DNA from: Macrostomum lignano
Lineage: Eukaryota
Length of the DNA stretch: 64,000 nucleotides
Direction of reading: 5' to 3'
Assembly (NCBI GenBank): GCA_002269645.1
Contig: NIVC01000092.1
Coordinates: forward strand, 310,001 to 374,000
The translations under genes and the position numbers were made by a program. Shown one piece after another: positions 1 to 20,633 of the stretch (positions are counted from its first letter, which is position 1; the number at the start of each line of letters is the position of its first letter). The notes below the pieces were generated by a model. It did no database searches. It worked only from the letters and a program-made list of their open reading frames with translations, and was not told the origin of the DNA.

Positions 1-127
1 ACAATGCCAAGTGCTACGGCTCGGTGATTAGCGCTCTGCCGCAGGCTCTGAGCCGGTTCGATTTTCAGTACAACTAATTCTCTAGCTAATAGTTTTACTT
101 CGTTTATATTTTCTGTCTTTTATCAAT

Positions 128-480
128 GAGTGAATGGAATGAGGTGGTAGGCCATTATAGCAGTTTCAGCCAATAGGAGTGAATGGAATGAGGTGGTTGG
201 CCATTATAGCAGTTTCAGCCAATAGGAGTGAATGGAATGAGGTGGTTGGCTATTATAGCAGTTTCAGCCAATAGGAGTGAATGGAATGAGGTGGTTGGCT
301 ATTATAGCAGTTTCAGCCAATAGGGAGTGAGTGGAGTGAGGTGGTTGGCTATTATAACAGTTCAGCCAATAGGAGTGAGTGGAGTGAGGTGGTTGGCTAT
401 TATAGCAGTTTCAGCCAATAGGGAGTGAGTGGAGTGAGGTGGTTGGCTATTATAACAGTTCAGCCAATAGGAGTGAGTGG
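128..480. repeat. ~49-bp tandem repeat (GAGTGAATGGAATGAGGTGGTTGGCTATTATAGCAGTTTCAGCCAATAG); resumes at ~1565-1725
   Basis: About 7 near-identical units read directly; the same unit reappears at 1565-1725 after an unrelated ~1.1-kb segment. Confidence 0.9.
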
Positions 481-1859
481 AGCGAGGGTTGTGGTCTTTT
501 TGATAAGTTATTTTTTAAATTAAATGATGCCCTCTCCGTAAGCCTGTCTAAAAAGTAGTCATTTTCCTATTTTCTAATAATAAGGAATTAAAAACGCTGT
601 AAAACCTACTCTAAGTACTAATTTGTACAATTTTTTACATGCATTGAGTTTTAATAGGTCAATCTCTTAAGGACTAGCATTACTAGCATCAAGCATTTGA
701 TTAGGCTAAGTAAGTTTCTAATTATTTAGAATTTATTCCAACGTGTTACTCTGTTCATCTATTGCCTGTTGTTAACAATGCTTTTTATGTATTTATGCTG
801 AGTAATAATTAGTGCATATTGATTATTGAATATGCTTTGCGTTTTCCCATTTCGAGCTGCGTTTGTTGGCCCAATCCTGGTGAAATTTCAACATCTGAAT
901 TAATAAACCAAAACTGCTTGCTTGTGTCGCTGTGTCACGTGCTGTCCCCTTTGTATAAATAAAAACCATATTAATTTGTAGTTTGTATTTGTTTATTATT
1001 TTGCTCATTATTCAGAATATTTAACTCCATTGGGGCCTAACCATGCTGTCTGACTACTGACTTCTGTGCGTGTTAAAGTATCTATATCTATAGGTCTCTT
1101 ATCGATACCCCGTTGAAAACGTTGTATACCGTGATAAGAATCGCTAGTCGTTGAAAACAAATTTCTAGTGACTCTGAGCCGATTTTTTGGCTGTTTAACG
1201 ACTTAAACGACTGTAATGCAACGGAGAGGCGACTGTTGAGAGTCACGAGCGCATAAATGAGTCTCGATAAAGTCGTCCAAAAGTTGTCGTGTTAGCGCTT
1301 ATCTTTCTAATAAATCAAGTAGACTTTGAGTTGTTAGAGATGACGCAGATGCGCTTCCGACGGGGCATTCTACGCTCGTACAGTCGACGCCAGCACGCCT
1401 CAGATGCGACTACTACGGCCCTTGAGTCAGTTAATAAGCGCCCCAGAATCGTAGACAATAAAAACGCCTCAAATTGGCTCTTAGGCGTCGTGTGGAGTCA
1501 CAATTCTTTCCTATTTTGCCTTTGTTACCTGCAACTACCCTGAAATGACTCTAGGTCAATGACTCTGGCTAGTATAGCAGTTTCAGCCAATAGGATCAGT
1601 GAATGGAGTGAGGTGGGTGGTTATTATAATAGCTTCAGCCAATAGGAATGAATGGAGTGAGGTGGGTGGCTATTATAATAGCTTCAGCCAATAGGAGTGA
1701 GAGGAGTGAGGTGGCTGGCTATTAGCAAACACATCTTCAAGAACCGTATAGCAATAACATGCATGTATAATAATTTTAGTAGGGCTGCGGGCGCGCGAAG
1801 ACAATTCTGCCAATTCCGCCTGATTCTTGAGCACACACAATTAAAGAGCCAATAACTAA

Positions 1860-2010
1860 CGTTATACTCAGGGCATGTAGGATGTACAACGGCCCTGACT
1901 TTCTAACATGGACAACTAGAGTAGACTCTAGTTGTCCATGCTTTCTAATCGTCGCATGTACACTCTGCGCCCTTGCAGGTTGGCCCTCAGGGCTGTGGAT
2001 TAAAATTTTC
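1860..2010 (-). mobile_element. Partial copy of a SINE-related repeat, containing a 34-bp palindromic insertion
   Basis: Shares GTACA-CGGCCC-GACTTTCTAA-ATGTACACT-CTGCGCC-T-G-GGTTGG-CTCA-GG with the SINE body at 2345-2706 and with 63490-63560. Confidence 0.6.
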
Positions 2011-2344
2011 ATTTTGAATTGAACAACAAAAATTTGATTCTTTGTAGGGCGCCAAAGTCAGCCAGCAGGCAGTCGCGAGGCCAACAAACATTGTTATATA
2101 GTTCTTAGAAACTTTTTCGCGGCTGGGCTACGCGAATACACTACTCGTAGTTGCAAAAGTGGCAAAAACGAGCATATACTGTATCAGATGCTTATTCATT
2201 ATAGCATGCAACAGTCGTGGAGAAGACAACTAAATGTCTTCGAATGTAGACGGACGAGGCATTCCTTCTGCAATTGACTTCTTCAATATTCATGAATGCG
2301 TGGGACGCAAGGACTATACTAAAGTAGATCGATATACATGTATG

Positions 2345-2706
2345 TTTTTATTATTAGAGGCAGGGGGTTGTGTGCACCCTGACGCACTTTAAGCGACATA
2401 GGCACACAACCGGCGAGAGGCATTACTGCCCATTCCGCCGACTCCCCTGAGCAGGCATACAAGCGCGCGGATACGTACACAGGCACACACTCACACAGGA
2501 GTGTACAGCGGCCCTAACTTTATTTTATCGTTAGGCATGTACACTTCACTGCGCCTTGGGGGGTTGGCTCTCAAGGCCGTTAATTACACGAGCAGAGCCA
2601 AGCCAAGATTCCAATTCAGCCCCAAATTAATGTGACTGCACTTGGAATCGAGCCTGGGTCGCTGGCACACCAGAGCAGCTGCGCTACCGCTGGGCTACGG
2701 CCCCCC
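2345..2706 (-). mobile_element. tRNA-derived SINE, full-length copy 1
   Basis: The reverse complement starts GGGGGCCGTAGCCCAGCGGTAG (A-box-like), contains GGCTCGATTCC (B-box-like) and ends CCCCTGCCTCTAATAATAAAAA. It is highly similar to 8154-8520 and 22116-22480. Confidence 0.85.
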
Positions 2707-2804
2707 TATACATGTATGTTACTCTAGTCGTCCTTGGCGTAAGGCAGCCTCCATAATGGCTACTGAGTGAGACTCCTACAAGTCCTTAGCAACAGAGACT
2801 GAAT

Positions 2805-5800
2805 CCCAGTCTCTGACGCAGCGCGTATTACGCGTGTAATTACTGCGTAAGCGACGCGCGTAAATTTTACACTGCGAATACACGCGTATTACGCGTGTAA
2901 CTGCTGCGTATATCGACGCGCCTAATTTGTACACTAGTTTTACACGCGTAAACATCGCGTATTCAAACGCACAATTTTACGCGCGTAAAGATCGTGTTGT
3001 TTTACGCGCATTCTACCCGCGGTCGCGGACACAAATGAAGCACCAATTTAAGTTTTTCGCTTCGTGACAAAATCGGTCCAAAAGGAAAAATGTCCAGTAG
3101 AGACCTCAGTCGACACGTTGCCAGGCAGCTGTTGTCCTTTTTATACCATATTCACGAATTCATATGATTCTTGATTAATCCTTGATTAATTACTTTTAGT
3201 AACTAGGTAGCATGGTATCCTTTTGCGTGTTTATTAAATATTATAGTGTATATTGTATATTTAGTCGATTGGAAAAACATACAACTGGGCTTCAAAACAT
3301 TCTTAAGAATAATTCAAGTATACAAAGCATCTCATTATTTCTCTTCAGCTTGATTAAAGTCAATTTATCAATTTGTTCTCATTCAACCCTTAGAAGTACT
3401 AGAAATGTGCATCTTAAGCTATTTTTACTTAAAAATGCACTATATATCTTATAGTTAAACTATAATGCATATATAAAAGTATTTAAAAGTGTATATAAAG
3501 GTAAAAAAAGATAAATTGCTACATTAGTTTGTCAATTGTATATTTTATTGGTTAGAGAATAGATATTAACACTAAATTTAACAGATGCATACTATATATT
3601 TGGCTAAAAATTGACATTATTCTGAAAACTTATTGGGAATGTTGCTTAGTTGTGCTTCAAAAAAGTTTTATTGTATTATAATTTATAAGCTATATGCCTA
3701 TATCTATTAAGACTTCTACAATTTAAATTAGAGTCCTAAATACTGTTTATTTATTAATTGAATGAATTTTGTGCAGCCCCTTTTTGCATACCATTACTAG
3801 TAGTTATATATATATATATGAGTATTTCATGACATTATAAATAAAAATATATTACCATTCATGCACCAAAAAAGTGTTGCATACTATCAAAATCAAGTTA
3901 AACTAGCCTGATTTTAATCACTATAGTCTATCTAGATATTATACTTCCAATCATCTTTGACTATGTCTATAACATAGTCAATAAATTCAATAATTAACGT
4001 TTCAATACATTTAAAGGTTGTAATGAATGAAATAAAAACTGAATTCTGATTGTAACTCCAATGCATGATGTCTGGAATTTATGCTTTTCAATTTTTTTAT
4101 AGATATTTAGTAGGCATATGGCATAATTTTTCTGGTAGCTTGTATATATTGTAATTCTATCATAAAACATTCACAAAATCAAATATCCCTTTGACTGAAT
4201 AGCATGGAAAGGAAAACTATGAATCTCGAAATGTGCAACTAAATACAATTTTTACCATGTTTAAATATTCCTGCCACCATTGTCTTTAACTATATTTCAA
4301 AATTAAATAAACATTTTCAAAATGTTGAAAAGTGAGAAATGTATACAACTTTTAAGTAAAAATAACACAACAAAACAAAACAACATTAATTATACTTTAA
4401 TGTAATTGAGAATAGCATTTTGAATTTTTTGTATGATTGTCACTTCTAGGATGAAACATAGTATTTTTTGCTCAATTTTGTCACCACTTCAATTGATTAA
4501 AGCATAAATTTTATGAATTTGGTATGGTATTCAACTGGCTCTGCATGGAAATCAATTTATACTGTTTTAATGGCATGAAGACCAACGCTAAAATAATTAA
4601 CAATGAAACATATTTTTTACACTAGATCTAGCCGCCTCTTTCTGACTGCCTTAAGCTGGCAAACTTCGACTACAGGACAACCTTGGCAAGCTTGGCAAAC
4701 TTATAGGTGGCAACTTAGCTGGCTGTCAATCTTCCAGCTGACATGACAGCTGAATAAACTGAATCATTTTAGACAGATGCTGCATTTTAGTGGCGCCTGC
4801 AAAAATGCATTACAAATGCAGTGAGGTAATAATAATGATAATAATATTATATTATTATTAATTGATTACACCCGCTTCAATTAAATAGATTTACAACCGA
4901 CAGCTTCAGCCTCTGACGGACAGCATGCAGGGACCGGGCCTGGATACGGCGGTTTGGATCGCCCTGTCGCATGCGGAGGCCACCTTGATCGTCCCGATGC
5001 TGATGCTGTTCGCGCTGCTGTCCGCCATCATTGCGATGTAGACCATGTCAAGATCCTTGCCCTCGTAGTTCGACGGTGTTGGACATACATGTATCTGGCG
5101 GCTCAGGACATCCGCCGGGTTGTCACCCACAGCTGGTATATAGGTGACTTTAAAGGAGGTTCTGCAGCTAAAGTGCCATGCGCTCGATCCGCAGTGGGAG
5201 CCGCGAACCGGGGCTGAGCAGGCTGACCAGCGGCTTGTGGTCGGTGATGACCGATGACCCTGGACTTTGGGTAGCCACTAAGGTAGTGGTAGAATTTGAG
5301 GACCAGCGCCTCCCTTTCTGTCTGCAAGTAGCGCTGTTTGGTGTCACTGAAGCTGCGGCTGGCGTAGGCGATTGGCCTGGTTTCACCTGGGCGAGTATCG
5401 CGCCGGCGGGCTGGCGGCGACGATCTGCCTGGTCTCGCTCGCAGTTCTTGTTAAAGAAGGCAAGCGTGGAGCTTTGTGCGATCAACTTGATGGACTGGAA
5501 GGCTGAATCGAGGCTTGCTGTGGGCCCCACGACCATTTCACATCTTCTTGGTTAGTTTCGAAATGGCCTCGGGATGAGGGATGAAGGTTAAGGGAGGCCT
5601 ACGAATGTGACGAGTCCGAGAAAGCACAGCTCCTCCGTTGCAGATTTTATGGTCGGTTGAAGTTGGCCACAGCCTCCAGTTTTTACTCGGTCGGTTGGGT
5701 TCCCGGCCGCCTGGCCAGGAAGTCGATCAGCCTGCTGGGTTGCGATGCGGCATTTGCGCGGGTTCAGAGTCACCTTGTGTTGGCGCAGCCTGTCGATGCA

Positions 5801-6299
5801 GTTGCGCAGCTTCTCATTGTGCTCTTTTATTATGGTGCTGGCAAAGATGATTAGCTATGTCGTCATGGATCCACCGCACGCCTCTCAAATTGCGCGATCA
5901 GGATGAATATGTCGTATCTGTTTAAATGCATGTAATCTTTTTCAACTTATATATCAATACCAATATCAAATTTTAATACATTTACCGTGCATTTTGCGAG
6001 CCTACCATATTAAAAATATGTTGATATGTGCCACAAACGTGCCTCAATCTTTATCTTTCAGCCGCGTATTTAATGGATAAATAATACACATATGCGCGTA
6101 TTATTCGTGTAAAGTGTGCGTAAAGCGCGCGTTTTCGGCGCGTACCTCACACGGGTATTCTGCGCGTATATTACGCGCGTAGATTCGCGTAAAAAAAGTG
6201 ACACAAAACGTGTGTTTCCCGCGCGTCAATTACGTGTGTATTACGCACGTGATTGACACGCGTAATACGCGCGGAATACGCGCGTGAGCAGAGACTGGG
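2805..6299. mobile_element. Non-autonomous TIR DNA transposon (CCCAG...CTGGG, CACTA/EnSpm-like) with 3-bp TSD
   Basis: TIR CCCAGTCTCTG (2805-2815) / CAGAGACTGGG (6289-6299), flanked by AAT at 2802-2804 and 6300-6302. Both ends carry ~250 bp of subterminal ACGCGTA(A/T) repeats in inverted orientation. No transposase recognised. Confidence 0.75.
4900..5915 (-). pseudogene. Degenerate Ty3/Gypsy pol fragment (RT C-terminal half plus RNase H)
   Basis: Across frameshifts the minus strand reads LRGVRWIHDDI (RT xxDD), EHNEKLRNCIDRLRQHKVTLNPRKC, QTEREAL..KFYHYLSG, VITDHKPLVSLL and NPADVLSR (RNase H motifs). Confidence 0.85.
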
Positions 6300-7121
6300 A
6301 ATGACAAGAACTCAAAACTGGCATCTCAAGCGCTGCAAACAGATCAAAAAAGTTACTAAAATACTGTGAATCCAAATGGTGTACCAACTCATAATCTGCC
6401 TTGAAGTTATGAGATCTGGCAGCCTGTATATTGTGGCTATTCAGATCCAGTTCAACTGCCAGACACCGGAAATCTTGTAACCTTCCATTCAATCTGCCGT
6501 AGTCCGATTTCTGGAAAAGCTACCAACTGCAAGTAGTTCTACCGATTTTTGATCGGGAAAACAGCAGCATCGAGCAGCAACAGCAGTTGTACAATCTACA
6601 TTTTGCTCAATGTACTTAACAAGCTGCCTATTATGGAGGGTTAGCATTGGGTGTGTGTGTATGTGTGTGTGTGTGTGCGTGTGGTTGGCACAGACCGTGA
6701 GCAACAGGAATAGTTTCGCACTTGGCTTTATGCATTGAGCCTCTCAGTGCAGCTTTTGCGCACTTGGGTAAAGCCGGGTGGGGTGGGTCGAGAGAGAGGG
6801 TTGGGGTGGGGGTTTGGTGGGCCCTTTCTTATCGTCATTCATTTCTAACCCTGCCCCCCCAAACCCGAGCAAGCGAGAAGAGCACAAGAAGAGCTAGTAG
6901 GAAAGCCAGCAAGAGAGGCAGATAGGGGCTACAGTAACAACTCCGCAACTCCACGATAGCTACAGACTCGCTGAGGACAGGAAGTCACTTCGCCAGATCT
7001 GTCCTGGTTTTCTAGTGCAAAACCATATTTTCTTAATTATCAGCTATTGCTTTTAGTATAAAAGAGGTTGAACTTCATCAACTGATCTTTTGGCAGTGTC
7101 GAACGCCAAACGAAGTTTAGC

Positions 7122-16930
<9,809 letters not shown>

Positions 16931-17561
16931 CACCTCGGCACAGCTGACTGAAGTGGCTGAAGAAACGGGCGATGGAAAATTAAAAGAACATTTTAACTAA
17001 AACTTTTTTGAGCTTTTCCTAAGCTGAAGCAACGTGTCATTGTTTTTTGAAGAAATTTTGTATAGTCGGTGCTGTTAGGATGAATGTTTCTTTGTTTAGT
17101 TTGCATAAAATTCAGTAAACAAACATTTATATTTAACTGTTGTTTTTTTTCTTACAACAGTGGACTTTGCTTATCCTCCTTCCTTTGACAGGCTGAAATT
17201 ATCGGTTATTTTGGTGCCTACATGTAGAATAACATAATTTGTTTATTTCACCAACTTGCTTCAGACTGAACATGTAATAACCATTTTAACCAAAATCATT
17301 TTCACTGCTCACTATAAATGAATAGCCAAGCTCAGCTATAATTCCCGCCATTGACATGGAATTTTTAGCGCATCAAAACTTTTCTTTGCAATTCTTTGCA
17401 CGCAGAGTGATTTTTTCGAATGTTGTAATTAATAACATTAAAACAAATTTAATCATCCATTAAGGTACAAACAAACAATAAAAAACATGCATGCAACAAA
17501 TATTTCTTTAAACTTCTTTTGTTAGATAATTATTTTTTCTTTTTTGCCGCAGTTACATGTA

Positions 17562-17613
17562 TGACGTCATTTTGTTCACATTCTATGACGTCATCTGCGG
17601 ACTAGTGACGTCA
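17562..17613. promoter_or_regulatory. Cluster of three full CRE palindromes (TGACGTCA)
   Basis: TGACGTCA at 17562-17569, 17586-17593 and 17606-17613. Function is inferred only. Confidence 0.35.
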
Positions 17614-18253
17614 TACGCTCTGTCATCAAAACATTCAACATAGGCATAGCATTCAATTCAAGACACGGCTACCATATTCAACCTGTACTTCGATTACTAT
17701 TTATGGCCAAAACAGATTATGGGGAGGCTATTGAATTTAAGACATCGAGCAGTGGAATTCAGACTTAAAACTCAGAATCATAAGACAAACACACGTGTGT
17801 TCAATCAAATGTTTTCGCGGGTCAAGCGGTGGGGCAGGAAGCGTATGCAATGTGTGAGCAAACCAACTGCTGCACTCTTGGCAACCGTAATGACACCCAC
17901 GCCTGACTCCCGCGATCCCGCGACTCTCTACAGTATCATGGAATGCCTGTAGATTGGTTTCATCTGGGGCCAATTTTACGAAGCACTAGTAAAATACCTA
18001 GCCTAACCAGTGCTGATGGCTTGGCGTGTGTCCATATTGTGAGCAAGAGAGGCGGAGAAGTGGAGGCGGAGGCAGAGCTTCATTCTCATGTTCATGTTCA
18101 TCTTCATTCATTCATTCTCATTCATTGTTGTTCGCTTCACGCAATAGGATCTTTACTGCCGCACAAGCGATAAACTGCCATAGACAAAGTCGTTTTCGTC
18201 TCGTTTTCGGTTTCATCCCCCTCTGATATATTGTAGGTATGACCCAGCATATA

Positions 18254-18834
18254 GTATCGCTTTTGACGCTCTAGATAAGACTTTAGACATTCAAAATAAG
18301 ACTGCATAGGATCGCAAGCAAGGCCAGGCTAGCCACGGCCAGAGCAAGCCCAGTCTTGGCTGCAGGGATGGCTTGGCCATAGACTAAAAAATGGAATATC
18401 AAAATGAGAATAAGACGCTCAATATGAGACCGGGAGTGAACGTAATTTATTTGCTTTTTGGCAGTCACCATACAAACAGCTAGCTAGGATGGTTGATCCA
18501 TTGTTTACTGCGTCGATCAGACGCTGACGGTCTGCTGCAGAAATCGATGGTGCCATCACAGTGAAATCCAAGGGGTCAGATGCAACCCAAGGGGTGAAGA
18601 AGGAGAGCTGGCTGAGGGTCAGAGGGTTAGAGCGATATCTGAAGGCTTTCACACTCAGTCTCATATTGAGCGTCTTATTCTCATTTTGATATTCCATTTT
18701 TTAGTCTATGGCCAAGCCATTCCTGCAGCCAAGACTGGGCTTGCTCTGGCCGTGGCTAGCCTGGCCTTGCTTGCGATCCTATGCAGTCTTATTTTGAATG
18801 TCTAAAGTCTTATCTAGAGCGTCAAAAGCGATAC
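18254..18834. repeat. Foldback: 177-bp near-perfect inverted repeat with a 227-bp spacer
   Basis: 18254-18430 is the reverse complement of 18658-18834 (one mismatch noticed). No TSD seen. Confidence 0.9.
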
Positions 18835-19439
18835 GAGCTCACATCAAAATATGCTTTCAGCCAATAGGAAGAAACGGGGGAAAGGGATGCTAAAAGTGCA
18901 GATCGAGCGAGACAAAAATAACTGGCTTAAATTAGCACTCCATTTTATTCTTTCCTCCATGGTTGAGACCGGCTTCCGGTTTTTAATTTCTCGGAGCCTG
19001 TCCTTCGGCTCCAAGAGCATCATCTGTGACGTCTCGTGTAATAGAGACCAACCTGGGAAAATCCTCTATTTAGGACAGATGAGTAAGTTAGCTCGTACAT
19101 TGTATATCAAGGTCAACGCACTTTCACAACCCAATCTACTCGACCGCTTTATTCATTCGTTTTACTTTCGAAAAAAGCACTGTTTTACTACACTAAATAT
19201 TAATATATTGCCAAATAAACTGATTCGTTAAAAGTCTCTCTCTGTGACAAGGTAGAACAAGATAGAACAGTTTAATGGATGTACATGTACATCCCTCATG
19301 TGTACATCGGCTCATCGATTTGACCAGCCTAACACGAATCATACGTAGAAGGCAAATAATTCATTCCATTATGCGCTAATTTTTACCTTACGAAATGACC
19401 AGAGGCTTGAAACTCGTTGCCAACTCAATACACCGTGAC

Positions 19440-19860
19440 CTCTACCCTCTCTCTCTCTCTCCTCTCTCTCTCCATGTCTCCTCCTCTCTATCTCTCCTTC
19501 CTCTCTCTCCCCTCTCTACCTCTCCTCTCTCTACCTCTTCTATCTCTATCTCTCCTCTCTCTACCTCTCCTCTCTCTCTACGTCTCTTCTGTCTACCTCT
19601 CCTCTCTCTATTTCTACTCTGTCTACCTCTCCCCTCTCTCTACCTCTCTTCTGTCTCTACCTCTCCCTCTCTCTACCTCTCTACCCCTCTCCCCCTCTCT
19701 CTCTCTACCTCTCCCTCTCTCTACCTCTCTCCCCCTCTCTCCCCCTCTCTCTCTCTACCTCTCCCTCTCTCTACCTCTCCCTCTCTCTACCTCTCTCCCC
19801 CTCTCTCCTCCTCTCTCTCTCTACCTCTCTCTCCCTCTCTCTCACCTCTCCTCCGTCTCT
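19440..19860. repeat. CT-rich polypyrimidine low-complexity tract
   Basis: Read directly. Confidence 0.9.
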
Positions 19861-19891
19861 CAAAGTTTTCAAAAACTTGAACCATGAAGTA

Positions 19892-20432
19892 CAGGGTGGG
19901 CGGAAAGTAACTCCTTATTTTAAATTACTTATAAATTGTATATAATTTGTTACTGCTTTGTCATATTTTTATAATTAATTCTCTCAAATGGTACAATTTT
20001 AGCTCGTATTGATAGTTTTGTTTTTGATTTCAGATAAAACTGTAACATGGCTCAGCAGCTAACACTTCAGGAGCGTGCCCAGTTGGCGTCACGATATGAA
20101 GGGGTGGTCCACATGAATGGCCATCCAGGAGCCCGGATTTGACACCTTGCGACTTTTTTCTTTGGGGTTGGGTAAAGGAAGAAGTCTTCTCAGAAACTGG
20201 AGGATCGAATAAGGGGAGTCATGTCCACCATCCCAGCGGAGTTTCTGAGAAAGTCAGTGGATGCCATTCCTGAACGTTTGCAGCAGCTGGTGGAAAGATC
20301 TGGGGCACATATTGAATTTTAGAGATAACTTACCATTTATGCCTACCTTTTATGATTAATTTTTTGAGAATAAATAAATAAAATGTACATGTTTTATCAA
20401 TTAAAATAGGGAGTTACTTTCCGCCCACCCTG
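19892..20432 (+). mobile_element. Internally deleted Tc1/mariner-superfamily element
   Basis: ~32-bp TIRs CAGGGTGGGCGGAAAGTAACTCC.TATTTTAA with TA on both sides. The transposase N-terminus (MAQQLTLQERAQLASRYE) abuts a C-terminal piece (WPSRSPDLTPCDFFLWGWVK...ERLQQLVERSGAHIEF*). Confidence 0.9.
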
Positions 20433-20633
20433 TAGATTCATAATCATCAACTTGGTTATCTATGTCTTATTCCATCTAAGTTTTTTATTCTTCATCAATG
20501 CTGAAGCACTTGTACACAGGTTTAGAGCATAGACTATGGATGCGATTTTACTCAATTGAGTAAACTACGATCCCCCATCTCTGAGAACCGAACAGCTATT
20601 GAAGGTTAAACGAGCACCAAACGTGAACCAAAG

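Noticed and set aside
3130-4620. Possible transposase exons in the AT-rich interior of the TIR element
   Set aside because: No recognisable transposase motif or sustained ORF.
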